A stretch of DNA of 64,000 nt from Myxococcota bacterium (GTDB lineage: Bacteria > Myxococcota_A > UBA9160 > UBA4427), in assembly GCA_036336835.1 (NCBI GenBank), contig JAYZFK010000046.1, positions 83,789 through 147,788 of the forward strand. Direction: 5' to 3'. A program made the position numbers and the translations under genes. This document shows, piece after piece, positions 40,932-50,727 of this stretch (position 1 is its first letter; each line of letters starts with the position of its first letter). Below the pieces are notes generated by a model. It was not told where the DNA came from. It saw only the letters and a program-made list of their open reading frames with translations, and did no database searches.

Positions 40932-42503
40932 TTGGACCCGTCCGCTTCTTTCGGTGGCTGGATCGATCTGATCTTCGCAGGCGAGAGCTCGTCTTCGGAC
41001 GCGTTGGCAATCGGCCTGCTGTTGATCTGCCTGACGGCGCTCGCCGCTCTGTACGGCTCGCTGGCACACCGCCTCAAGCGCGTCTCGGATCTGTGCCGCA
41101 ACATCGAGGGTTTGTATCGCTCGCGGCCCGGCGGCAAGGCCGGGGCGCACCTGCGCGACCTCGAGATGATGATGACCGAGTCGCCGATCGCGGGCGCGTG
41201 GTCGGAGCTCTTGCGAAGGCGCCACGAGCTGGGCGCGAGATCAGCGGACGACGGCACGCCCGTTCGATTCAGCGAGCTACTCGAAAGGTACCCGCTGATC
41301 CCGAACGGAGTCCGCCGCAGCCTGCTCGCCTCGATGCCCCTGCTACTCGTGGGGCTCGGGATGGCGACCTCGCTGGCAGCACTGTCCGGCGGCCTGGCGG
41401 CGTTCCCGACGGACGCCGCCGTGCCGCGGGTCGTCGGTCTCGGATTTCGCGGTGCCTTCTGGGGACTCCTGCTGGCCACCGTTGCAAGCTTCACCACCAA
41501 GCTGCTCGTGGGCTCGAGCCGGGCGCTCGGCATCCGACTCTCGACGCTGATCGAGCGCACCTACCGCGTCGTGCCCCGGGACGAGATGGTGCTGCGCATC
41601 GCGGAGGCACAGCTGGCCGCCCAGAAACGCAACTCGCGGCTACTACTGCGCCTGACCAGGGATCTGCGCGAGTCGCTGAACGCTGGACTCGGCCGCATCG
41701 AGATCGCCGCTTCGCGAGCAGCTGACACCACCTTCCCCGATCATCACCTGACGCTCGAGAGTACGACGCAGGATCTCGCGAGCCCGCTGCAGGAGCCTCT
41801 CCGCGATCCGCTGAACGGGCTTCACGACTCGATAGAGATCAGCACGAGCACCTCGGACACGTCGAACGAGCCCGACGCCGAAGACGCGTCGCGCGCGCCG
41901 GCCGCGCTCGAGCGCGCAGCCCTGGCGGTCGAGCAGGCTGCGGCCGCACTGACGCGCAGCGCCGAGGCCAGCAGCTCGTACAGCAAGGATCGTGTCGGCC
42001 AGGTCGCCAGCGTGCTCGAACACACCATCGAGCAGCTCGAGGAGGCGCCGACGGAAACGGGCGAGGAGGTGGCCAGCGCCGAGACGCTGGCCGGACTGCG
42101 CGACGAGGTCACGCAGTTGCACGACCAGATGGTCGAGAGCGTGATCGCTGCGCGCGAGTTGCACTCGGTCGAGGCCGCAGCCGACGCGACCCCCGTCTCG
42201 GCAGACGAGCCGGACGGCGAGGGAGCGCGAAGCGGCTATTCCGCCTTGCTCCATCGCTACGAGGCGCCGCGCTTCTCGCTCGACGAGCTGGCTCCCGAGC
42301 TCCGAACCTTCGACACTGAGGCGGCGATCGAAAGAGCCCGCGCCGCCGGGGTCGCACCCGACGGGTCGCTCGTGCCGGCGCCACCGAGCGAGCCCACTGT
42401 CGATGAGGAGCCGGACGAGCCGGAGGCAGCAGTCGAGCCGGCCGCAGAGGCCGGGGGCGATTCGCAGCAGATCCGACTCGCCAGGTTTCTCGAGGAGCAC
42501 TGA
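40932..42503 (+). CDS. MotA/TolQ/ExbB-superfamily, ZorA-like membrane protein with long helical acidic tail
   Basis: TM1, spacer containing AWxE, PLLLVGLGMATSLAALSGGL, third TM, then about 300 aa helical tail; TTG start after GGAGG. Confidence 0.5.
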   Translation: MDPSASFGGWIDLIFAGESSSSDALAIGLLLICLTALAALYGSLAHRLKRVSDLCRNIEGLYRSRPGGKAGAHLRDLEMMMTESPIAGAWSELLRRRHELGARSADDGTPVRFSELLERYPLIPNGVRRSLLASMPLLLVGLGMATSLAALSGGLAAFPTDAAVPRVVGLGFRGAFWGLLLATVASFTTKLLVGSSRALGIRLSTLIERTYRVVPRDEMVLRIAEAQLAAQKRNSRLLLRLTRDLRESLNAGLGRIEIAASRAADTTFPDHHLTLESTTQDLASPLQEPLRDPLNGLHDSIEISTSTSDTSNEPDAEDASRAPAALERAALAVEQAAAALTRSAEASSSYSKDRVGQVASVLEHTIEQLEEAPTETGEEVASAETLAGLRDEVTQLHDQMVESVIAARELHSVEAAADATPVSADEPDGEGARSGYSALLHRYEAPRFSLDELAPELRTFDTEAAIERARAAGVAPDGSLVPAPPSEPTVDEEPDEPEAAVEPAAEAGGDSQQIRLARFLEEH

Positions 42504-42585
42504 GGCGGCGTCACCACTTCGCGATTCGTATACTGCCGCATCGCACGCTTGTCCCAGCTCCGAGCCCCGGGGCCGCGGAGGAACC

Positions 42586-43137
42586 ATGACTACTCAGCAA
42601 TCGAGCTTGGCTCGTTTCTTCATCCCGATCGTCACCGCCCTCGCGATCGCAATCTCCTGCGGCGGCCGCGAGGACGCGGCCGGGACGAACGCTGCTCCCG
42701 ATACGCCCGCGGTAGAGAAAGAGCTCGCCTCCCAGCCGAGCGCGCGGCCGGCGCCAGGAACCGTGGCGCTTCGGCCGTCGGGTACCGGACGACCGCCGGG
42801 GGTTACCCGGATCGTGCCCGAGAACGGTGCCAACACGATCGACTTGCCCGAGGATTTCCCCGCAGACGTGCCCTTGCACCCGGACTCCAGGCCGGTGCGC
42901 TACGTCTCCTCCCAGAAGAGCGGAACGATGACAGTGCTGATCGTCGACGAGTCGCCGGACTCGGCACGCCACTACTACACCTCCGCGCTGGAGGGCGAGG
43001 GCTGGACGATCGACATGGACGGCGCCTCGTCGGATCTGCTGATGCTCAGTGCCTCGAAGAGACACCGAAGTCTGGCCGTCGCCATCGCCGAGGACGACGG
43101 CGAGACGACCATCACGCTGATCGAGGGCAGCGAGTAG
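42586..43137 (+). CDS. Hypothetical lipoprotein
   Basis: AISC lipobox, LPEDFPADVP motif, RBS GGAGG. Confidence 0.75.
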   Translation: MTTQQSSLARFFIPIVTALAIAISCGGREDAAGTNAAPDTPAVEKELASQPSARPAPGTVALRPSGTGRPPGVTRIVPENGANTIDLPEDFPADVPLHPDSRPVRYVSSQKSGTMTVLIVDESPDSARHYYTSALEGEGWTIDMDGASSDLLMLSASKRHRSLAVAIAEDDGETTITLIEGSE

Positions 43138-43239
43138 CGATCCAGCCTCGAGCGGCGCCGAGGTCCGCTCTCGCAACAAAGTCCTACACCTTCGCTGCGA
43201 CCTGCCGATCGCGAAAGCATCGGAGCGAAGGAGTTTCGC

Positions 43240-43713
43240 GTGGCTGAAGCCTCCCGCGCGACCCGGCCTGACGTGGGCCTGTCCCACGTCGCCCTGGTGG
43301 TCGCCGACCTCGAAACGAGCATCGATTTCTACGCGCTCTACGCGGGCCTCGAGGCCGTTCATCGCCGCGGGAGGGAGGGGCACGGAGTCGCCTGGCTGTC
43401 GGACGGCACCCGCCCCTTCGTGCTGGTATTGCTCGAGAACGAGCGGGTAGACGTCCGGCTTTCGGGCACCGCCCACCTCGGAGTCGGCTGCGCGAGCCGC
43501 GGCGAGGTCGACCGCCTGTGCGCCCTGGCCAGGAGCAGCGGCTGCTGGCTGGCTGGCCCCGACGAAGCGGGGCCACCCGTTGGCTACACCGCCCTGATCC
43601 AGGACCCCAGCGGCCACAACCTGGAGCTCTCCTACGGACAGCAAGTAGGCGCGACCGTCGTCGCGTCCTGCTCCGAATCCGCCGCCCAGAGCGCCGCCCG
43701 AAGGGCCAGCTGA
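43240..43713 (+). CDS. VOC/glyoxalase family protein
   Basis: SHVALVVADLETSIDFY, HLGVGC, DPSGHNLELSYGQ. Confidence 0.88.
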   Translation: MAEASRATRPDVGLSHVALVVADLETSIDFYALYAGLEAVHRRGREGHGVAWLSDGTRPFVLVLLENERVDVRLSGTAHLGVGCASRGEVDRLCALARSSGCWLAGPDEAGPPVGYTALIQDPSGHNLELSYGQQVGATVVASCSESAAQSAARRAS

Positions 43714-43806
43714 TCCAACGGGCAGGTCACCGGTCTTCCCCGATTCCAGCGAGCCGCGGGCTCGAGCGACAGCGCGGGAGGGGCCGTGGCGTCCTCTCTG
43801 CCGAGC

Positions 43807-45126
43807 CTAGTAGCCGTCGACCCGAAGGAAGTCCACCCGCTCGAAATCGGCGGGCCTGAAATCACGCGCGAGCACCTCGAGCCGGTCGTCGCCGAGCCCA
43901 GGTACGAACAGCCCCCACTCGGCCAGACTTCGGTCGACGAACTCGAGCGGCATCTCGCGTTCCGCCGCCGCAACGTCGCGCAGCACCGAGTCGAAATCCG
44001 TCCTCTGGTTCGGCAGCAGGCGAAACTCCTCGACCTGTCGCCCCTCGCGGTAGAGCGCGTAGCGCAGGACCTCGGCCGGCTCGCAGATCTCGATCAGTGC
44101 GGCGTCGCACCCAAGCTGCTTCGAGAGGATTCGCGCGTCCGTCGCGTGGAGTGAACGCCGGTCGAGCAGCGCGGTCTGCGCCAGTGTCCAGTCGTGGCCC
44201 CGAAACTGATAGACGAGGTAGCCTTCCTCACCGGGAAAGAAGCCCTGGTCGTCGAAGATCTTCCGGCTCCACTGGCGACCCCCGCGCGCTCGCTCGAGTG
44301 CCGGTGCAACTTCGTCGATCGGCGCGCACACGGCGATCACCACCTCGCTCACGTGTTGGTTGCCGAGCCCGCGCAAGGTCTCGATCTCCCGGGTCTCGAC
44401 CGGACGAACTCTCGCGGGCTCAGCGATCCCGAACACGCTCGGCGCGTCGTCGGCCTTCTCGGCCAGCGAGTCGAGGACGCGAGCGAGGTCTGCCTTCGCG
44501 GAATCCTCCTTCGCCAGGTCGAGGGCAGTGAGTCCGGAGAGATGCTCGGCGTACAAATCGGCACCGAGCGCAACGAGTTGCCGCACGGTGCTCTCCGCAT
44601 CGCGTCCATCGATCACCGCCCGCATCAGCGGCGTCAGTCCATCGAGGTCTCGCCGATTGGGGTCGGCGCCGGCTTCGAGCAGCGCCCGGACCACCGGGAC
44701 GTGACCACGCCGCACGGCGAGTGCGAGCGCCGTGTCGGCCTCGTCCGAGATGCGCGCGTCGGGCTCGAGCCCGTCGGCGAGCAAGCTGCGAACGGCCGCA
44801 AGCCGTCCGTGGCGAGCAGCCTCGTGCAGCTGATCGATGCACGAGAGTCCGACGTCATGCTCGAGTTGCTCGGCGCGTTGGGGGCGGGCGAAGGCACATC
44901 GCACACGGCTCGCCAGCATCGAGACGCGGTGGAAAGCGCCGATGAAACCTTGGCTGTGGCGGGCGGGCGCCGCGATGTCAGCCGCGCTCACGCGGTCCTC
45001 GTTGCGCGAGGGGACGATCTCGCCGCGCCGGAGGAAGGCGTCGATCAGCTGGCTCACGCCGGCGAATCCCTGGTGGGAGCCCTCCTCGGCTCTCGCCGTG
45101 CCGCTGGCGTCTCGCTGCGTGCCCAT
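43807..45126 (-). CDS. Ankyrin-repeat protein with uncharacterised C-terminal domain
   Basis: LHEAARHG, TALALAVRRGH...AGADPN, GLTPLMRA, GLTALDLA; start uncertain. Confidence 0.8.
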   Translation of the reverse strand: MGTQRDASGTARAEEGSHQGFAGVSQLIDAFLRRGEIVPSRNEDRVSAADIAAPARHSQGFIGAFHRVSMLASRVRCAFARPQRAEQLEHDVGLSCIDQLHEAARHGRLAAVRSLLADGLEPDARISDEADTALALAVRRGHVPVVRALLEAGADPNRRDLDGLTPLMRAVIDGRDAESTVRQLVALGADLYAEHLSGLTALDLAKEDSAKADLARVLDSLAEKADDAPSVFGIAEPARVRPVETREIETLRGLGNQHVSEVVIAVCAPIDEVAPALERARGGRQWSRKIFDDQGFFPGEEGYLVYQFRGHDWTLAQTALLDRRSLHATDARILSKQLGCDAALIEICEPAEVLRYALYREGRQVEEFRLLPNQRTDFDSVLRDVAAAEREMPLEFVDRSLAEWGLFVPGLGDDRLEVLARDFRPADFERVDFLRVDGY

Positions 45127-45255
45127 GATGGGAAATCATCGGAGGATCGAGCCGGGGAGGTGAGAGCCCATCCACTCCCCTGACCGCCCGGCCGACGCCG
45201 CGCAGCGCTGCGCTGCCCTATTCTCACCCCCGGCGAGCAAGCGAAGGAGGGACCG

Positions 45256-46482
45256 GTGAAGCACGCGAGCCCGCGACGAGACCTCGACCGACGCAATTTT
45301 TTGCGCGCCAGTACCCTCGCAGGTCTGTCTGTAGGTTTTCGGCCACGGATCGGCGCCGCGGCAAAGCCCGCCGCAAGGATCCAGCGCTCGGTACGGCTCG
45401 GCCGTACCGGGCTGGAGGTCTCGGACATCGGTTTCGGCGGCGGCCAACTCCGCGGCGACCAGAGTCTGGTCAGGCACGCGCTCGAACGCGGCATCAGCTA
45501 CTTCGACACGGCCGAGGGATACGGCGGCGGCCAGTCGGAGACCACGATGGCGGACGCCCTGCGCGACCACCGCGAGCAGATCGTGCTCGTGAGCAAGACC
45601 AAGGCCGGCGCCAACGAGCGACGCGCGGCGCTAATGGCGCGGCTCGAGGCAAGTCTCCAGCGGCTGCGCACCGACCGCGTCGAGATCTACCTCAACCACG
45701 CGGTAAACGACCTCGGCCGGATGCAGAACCCGGAGTGGTGGGAGTTTGCCGAGCGCGCCAAGCAGCAGGGCAAGATCCGTTTCACCGGCATCTCGGGTCA
45801 CGGCGGCCGCCTGGCCGAGTGTCTCGAATGGGGCCTCGACCAGGATCTGCTCGATGTGATCCTGGTCGCCTACAACTTCGGCCACGCTCCGAGCTTCGCA
45901 GAACGCTTCACCCGGAGCTTCGACTTCGTGGCGAAGCAGCCGGAGCTGCCGCGGCTGCTGGCAAAAGCCAAGCGGCGCGACGTCGGCGTGGTGGCGATGA
46001 AGACGTTGCTCGGCGCAAAGCTCAACGATTTGCGCCCCTACGAGACACCCGACTCGACCTTTGCGCAGGCGGCGCTCCGCTGGGTGCTCGCGAATCCCCA
46101 CACGGACAACCTGATCATCTCGATGAAGAGCCGCGCGTTGATCGACGAGTATGTCGGAGCCTCGGGCGCAACCGAGCTGTCGAACCGCGACGAGGCGCTG
46201 ATCGAACGCTATCGCGCCATCCACGGCGAGACGCAGTGCCGATATGGGTGCACTTCGTGCAGCGATGCGTGTCCAGCGAAGGTCGCCATCTCGGACGTTC
46301 TGCGCACGCGCATGTACGACGTCGACTACGGCGAGCCCGACTCGGCGCGCAGCGAATACGCCGCACTGCCCAATGACGCAACGGCTTGCCTCCGTTGCTC
46401 GGCCGAGCCATGCGCCGGATCCTGCCCGCACGGACTCGACATCCGCGCGCTCACCGCCGACGCGCATCGACGCCTAGCCTAG
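45256..46482 (+). CDS. Aldo/keto reductase with Tat-like signal and C-terminal Fe-S cluster domain
   Basis: DRRNFLR, LGRTGLEVSDIGFG, FDTAEGY, two CxxC-type Cys clusters. Confidence 0.88.
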   Translation: MKHASPRRDLDRRNFLRASTLAGLSVGFRPRIGAAAKPAARIQRSVRLGRTGLEVSDIGFGGGQLRGDQSLVRHALERGISYFDTAEGYGGGQSETTMADALRDHREQIVLVSKTKAGANERRAALMARLEASLQRLRTDRVEIYLNHAVNDLGRMQNPEWWEFAERAKQQGKIRFTGISGHGGRLAECLEWGLDQDLLDVILVAYNFGHAPSFAERFTRSFDFVAKQPELPRLLAKAKRRDVGVVAMKTLLGAKLNDLRPYETPDSTFAQAALRWVLANPHTDNLIISMKSRALIDEYVGASGATELSNRDEALIERYRAIHGETQCRYGCTSCSDACPAKVAISDVLRTRMYDVDYGEPDSARSEYAALPNDATACLRCSAEPCAGSCPHGLDIRALTADAHRRLA

Positions 46483-46485
46483 CGA

Positions 46486-47817
46486 GTGGGCGAGACATAC
46501 GATCTCGTGGTTCGCGGCGGCCGCTGCGTACTTCCGGACGGAATCGCTGCCGGCGATATTGCAGTCCGCGCTGGGAGGATCGCCGCCGTCGGCGATCTCG
46601 CTTCGGCTGAAGCGGCCGAGGTCGTCGACGCAGCGGGGCTTCACGTGTTGCCGGGACCGATCGATGCTCAGGTCCACTTTCGCGAGCCCGGCTTCGAGCA
46701 CAAGGAGGATCTCGAGTCGGGTACGAGGGCGGCGGTACTCGGTGGAATCACCAGCATCTTCGAGATGCCCAATACCGAGCCGGCAACGACCAGCGAGGCC
46801 GCACTCGCCGACAAATTCGCGCGGGCGCAGGGGCGCGCCTGGTGCGATCACGCGTTCTTCGTCGGCGCGACGCCAGCCAACGCTGAGCTGCTCGCCCCGC
46901 TCGAGCAGCTCCCCGGCTGCGCGGGCGTCAAGGTCTTCATGGGCAAGTCCACCGGAAACCTGCTCGTCGACACGGACGACGACCTGCGCCGCGTGCTCGC
47001 CAACGGCCGCCGCCGCGTGGCCGTCCACGCCGAGGACGAACAGCGGCTGAACCGTCGTTATCGTGAGCTCGATCTCGAACACCGCGACGACATCCAGCTC
47101 CATGTGGAGTGGCGCGACGTCGATACGGCCCTGCTCGCCACCCGCCGGCTGCTCGCCCTCGCTCGCGAGACCGCACGCCCGGTACACGTCCTGCACGTCA
47201 CGACCGCCGAGGAGCTAGAGCTGCTGCTCGCCCATCGCGACATTGCGACCTTCGAGTGCACACCCCAGCACCTCGTCCTCGCCGCACCCGATTGCTATGC
47301 AAAGCTCGGATCTCTGGTCAAGATGAACCCGCCGATCCGCGAGGCGCGGCACCGCGATGCGCTGTGGAGTGCCCTCGACAACGGCTCGCTGGACGCGATC
47401 GCCTCGGACCATGCCCCGCACACGCTCGAGGAAAAGGCGCTTCCCTTCCCCGCCTGTCCTTCGGGCATGACGGGCGTGCAGACACTGCTGCCGCTGATGC
47501 TCGACGGAGTCGCCACCCGTCGGCTTACGCTGGAGCGACTCGTCGAGCTGTGCTGTGAGGGACCTGCCCGCGTGTACGGAGCGCTGCGCAAGGGCCGGAT
47601 CGAGACCGGGGCCGACGCCGATCTGGTGCTGGTCGACCTCGGGGCGCGCCGCCGGATCGAGAACCGCTGGATCGCGAGCCGGTGTGGCTGGACGCCCTTC
47701 GACGGGCGCGAGGTCACCGGCTGGCCGATCGCGACGATCGTCCGCGGCCGCGTCGTGATGCGCGACGACGAGCTGCTGGGCTCTCCCCAGGGCGAGCCGG
47801 TCGAGTTCGAGCAGTGA
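46486..47817 (+). CDS. pyrC: Dihydroorotase (type I amidohydrolase)
   Basis: DAQVHFREPG, EMPNT, KMNPPIR, SDHAPH. Confidence 0.88.
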   Translation: MGETYDLVVRGGRCVLPDGIAAGDIAVRAGRIAAVGDLASAEAAEVVDAAGLHVLPGPIDAQVHFREPGFEHKEDLESGTRAAVLGGITSIFEMPNTEPATTSEAALADKFARAQGRAWCDHAFFVGATPANAELLAPLEQLPGCAGVKVFMGKSTGNLLVDTDDDLRRVLANGRRRVAVHAEDEQRLNRRYRELDLEHRDDIQLHVEWRDVDTALLATRRLLALARETARPVHVLHVTTAEELELLLAHRDIATFECTPQHLVLAAPDCYAKLGSLVKMNPPIREARHRDALWSALDNGSLDAIASDHAPHTLEEKALPFPACPSGMTGVQTLLPLMLDGVATRRLTLERLVELCCEGPARVYGALRKGRIETGADADLVLVDLGARRRIENRWIASRCGWTPFDGREVTGWPIATIVRGRVVMRDDELLGSPQGEPVEFEQ

Positions 47818-48374
47818 GCGGCGAGCGCACTTCGCGCGCTCGCTGGCGCCGGCTCGCGACGCGGCGCGCTTTCGAGTGTCCGTGGTTCTCGGTGCGCCAG
47901 GACGAGATCCGCCTACCTGGCGGCGACGAGATCACCTACAACGTCCTCGAGCACGGCGGCTGGGCGATGGTCGTGCCGCTGCGCACGGATGGCCTCGTCG
48001 TGATGGAGCGCGTGTACCGCTGGACGCTCGACGACTGGCTGCTCGAGTGCCCGAGCGGCGGACTCGACGGCGAGGCGCCGGAGACTGCGGCGCGCCGCGA
48101 GCTCGAGGAGGAGACGGGCTATCGCGCCGACGCGCTCGAGCACCTCGGCCACTTCGCAGCGAGCGACGGCTACTCGAACGAGCGGTTCGACGCCTATCTG
48201 GCGTGCGATGTGACACCCGACGGTAGCGTGCAGCGCGAGCCGACCGAGCAGATCGAGCTCGAGCTCTATCCGATGTCCGAACTGCGCGAGCTGGCGCTGC
48301 GTGGCGAGATCACCGACGCCCCGTCCGCGCTGGCGATCCTGCTTGCGGCCGAGCGCCTGGGCAGCCGCCGATGA
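47814..48374 (+). CDS. NUDIX hydrolase (ADP-ribose pyrophosphatase-like)
   Basis: G...E...ARRELEEETG Nudix box; GTGA overlap with pyrC. Confidence 0.9.
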   Translation: MSGERTSRARWRRLATRRAFECPWFSVRQDEIRLPGGDEITYNVLEHGGWAMVVPLRTDGLVVMERVYRWTLDDWLLECPSGGLDGEAPETAARRELEEETGYRADALEHLGHFAASDGYSNERFDAYLACDVTPDGSVQREPTEQIELELYPMSELRELALRGEITDAPSALAILLAAERLGSRR

Positions 48375-49342
48375 GCAGCGTCTCGATCGCGATGGCCACC
48401 TGCAACGGCGAGTCCTTCGTCGACGCACAGCTCGCGAGCATTGCGGCCCAGACGCGTCTACCCAGCGAACTCGTCGTCTGCGACGACGCCTCCGACGACG
48501 CCACGCTCGATCGGTTGCGCGAATTCGCCGCCAGTGCGCCGTTCGCCGTCCGGATCGAGCACAATCCGCAGCGCATCGGGGCGACGGCCAACTTCGAACG
48601 AGCGGTCCTGCTGTGCCGCGGGGAGCTGATATTCCTGGCGGATCAGGACGACGAGTGGCTACCCGCCAAGATCGAGAGACTCGCCGGTCGACTCGATGCC
48701 GAGCCCGCAACTGGAGCCGTGTTCTGCAACGGCAGTGTCGGCGACGTCAAGCAGCACCCGCTCGGCTACGACCTGTGGCACGCGCTGGCATTCGACGCGC
48801 GCGAGCAACGGGCCGTTCGCTCGGGACACGCCCACGAGGTCTTCGCCCGACACGTCGTCGCCGCGGGCACCGGGCTCGCGTTCCGGCGCGAGTTCGTCGC
48901 CTGGCTGCGCCCCTTCCCCCCACTGCGCAATGCCCACGACTCCTGGATCGCTGCGCTGATCGCGGGCGTCTCGGGGGTGGACTGCATCGCAGAGCCGCTG
49001 CTTCGGTACCGGCTGCACGACGCCAACCAGATCGGCCTGCGCCGCCACGACCTGCTCGGCCAGTACCGCCAGGCGAAGCGGCAGCTCGAGGTCGACGCCT
49101 TCGACTACGCGGTTCAGTTCTTCGAGGCGGCCAGCGAGCGCCTTCGCACGAGCCCCCACCCCGCCAAGCCCGAGGCGCTCGCGGCCTACGAGGCCAAGCT
49201 CACTCACGCGCGTTGGCGCTGCGGCCTGCCGGGCGGCCGGCTCGCGCGCGCCCCGCGAGTTGTCGCCGAGGCGCTGCGCGGCGGCTACCGACGCTACTCC
49301 TACGGCTGGAAGAGCGTCGCGCAGGACCTGCTGCTGCGGTAG
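48371..49342 (+). CDS. Glycosyltransferase family 2
   Basis: SIAMATCNG, VVCDDASDD, FLADQDD, HDSW. Confidence 0.9.
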   Translation: MSSVSIAMATCNGESFVDAQLASIAAQTRLPSELVVCDDASDDATLDRLREFAASAPFAVRIEHNPQRIGATANFERAVLLCRGELIFLADQDDEWLPAKIERLAGRLDAEPATGAVFCNGSVGDVKQHPLGYDLWHALAFDAREQRAVRSGHAHEVFARHVVAAGTGLAFRREFVAWLRPFPPLRNAHDSWIAALIAGVSGVDCIAEPLLRYRLHDANQIGLRRHDLLGQYRQAKRQLEVDAFDYAVQFFEAASERLRTSPHPAKPEALAAYEAKLTHARWRCGLPGGRLARAPRVVAEALRGGYRRYSYGWKSVAQDLLLR

Positions 49343-49415
49343 CCGGCTGCAGATCGCCTTGCACCGCGCCATGGGACGGGCGAGGCTGTGCGCCGATCTC
49401 CAGGAGACTCCCCAC

Positions 49416-50582
49416 ATGGAGCGCACGCAGCTCAAGTACGGATGCAATCCGCACCAGGCCTACGCCGCGATCGAGGCCCTGGCCAATGGCGCCTCGCCTG
49501 TCGCGATCCGCAACGGCAGGCCTTCGATGATCAACCTGCTCGACGCGCTCAACGCCTGGCAGCTGGTGTCAGAGCTTCGCGCGGCGCTCGAGCTGCCGGC
49601 CGCCGCGTCGTTCAAGCACGTCTCGCCGGCGGGCGCCGCCGTGGCCGTCGAGCTACCGAGCGATCTCCAACAAGCGTACGAAGTGACCGGGCGCAGGCTC
49701 ACGCCGCTCGCCACAGCCTACGTGCGGGCGCGCGGCGCCGATCCCAAGTGCTCGTTCGGCGACTTCGTCGCTCTGTCGGATCGTGTCGACGTCGCCACGG
49801 CAAGCTTCCTGAAGGGCGTGGTCAGCGACGGCGTGATCGCACCCGGCTTCGAGGAAGAAGCATTCCAGATCCTCGCAGCCAAGAAGTCGGGCGGCTTCAT
49901 CGTGATCGAGGCCGACCCCGGCTTCGAGCCGCCCGAGCGCGAAGAGCGCGAGGTCTTCGGCTTGAAGCTCGTGCAGGACCGCAACAACCGGAAGGTCAGC
50001 CTCGCCGATCTCGACGACGTGGTGTGCGGATCACTCAGCGACGAGGCAAGACGCGACCTCGTGCTCGGGCTGGTGACGCTCAAGTACACGCAGTCGAACT
50101 CGGTCGGCTACGCGCTCGGCGGCCAGATGATCGGCATCGGCGCCGGCCAGCAGTCGCGCGTCGACTGCACCAGGCTCGCCGGCCAGAAAGCCGACACCTG
50201 GCACCTGGGACGCCACGCCAAGGTGCTGGGCCTGCGATTCAAGCAGGGGGTGAAGCGGCAAGACCGGATCAACTGGCGCGTGCGCTTCATCGAGGGCGAC
50301 CTCACCCCGAGTGAGGAGCAGCAACTCGTCGAGGCACTCGACGAGCCGCTCGAGCTGCTCTCCGCGGACGAGAAGCAGGCGTGGGTCGCCAAGCTCGACG
50401 GCGTGGCGCTCGTGAGCGACGGCTTCATCCCGTTCCGAGACAACATCGAGCAGGCACAGCAGCACGGCGTCCGCTTCATCGCACAGCCCGGCGGCTCGAC
50501 GCGCGACAAGGACATCGAGGCCGCCTGCCGCGAGTACGGCATTGCGATGGCCCACACCGACCTTCGCCTGTTCCACCACTGA
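49416..50582 (+). CDS. purH: Stand-alone AICAR formyltransferase (short PurH form without the IMP cyclohydrolase domain)
   Basis: Begins at LKYGCNPHQ; SFKHVSPAGAA, KYTQSNSV, GAGQQSRVDC, SDGFIPF, QPGGS, RLFHH. Confidence 0.88.
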   Translation: MERTQLKYGCNPHQAYAAIEALANGASPVAIRNGRPSMINLLDALNAWQLVSELRAALELPAAASFKHVSPAGAAVAVELPSDLQQAYEVTGRRLTPLATAYVRARGADPKCSFGDFVALSDRVDVATASFLKGVVSDGVIAPGFEEEAFQILAAKKSGGFIVIEADPGFEPPEREEREVFGLKLVQDRNNRKVSLADLDDVVCGSLSDEARRDLVLGLVTLKYTQSNSVGYALGGQMIGIGAGQQSRVDCTRLAGQKADTWHLGRHAKVLGLRFKQGVKRQDRINWRVRFIEGDLTPSEEQQLVEALDEPLELLSADEKQAWVAKLDGVALVSDGFIPFRDNIEQAQQHGVRFIAQPGGSTRDKDIEAACREYGIAMAHTDLRLFHH

Positions 50583-50727
50583 ATCTAGTACGCATCATCG
50601 ACCCTCGATCGAATACGATGGAGCCGTACCACTGCCGGAAAACGACGCTGCGGGCTCGCACTGCAGCGCGGCACCGGTCGTCGGGCCGGCCGCCCGAATT
50701 GATCGCTCCCGGAGTTCGGAGGAAACC

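Noticed and set aside
46486..47817. Gln in place of the first His of the dihydroorotase HxH motif as a sign of inactivation
   Set aside because: DxQVHFREPG is a recognised variant in this dihydroorotase subgroup, and the other catalytic motifs are intact
49343..49415. ZMP/ZTP riboswitch upstream of purH
   Set aside because: The gap is only 73 bp and lacks the GACTGGCG and CGCCTGGGCA elements
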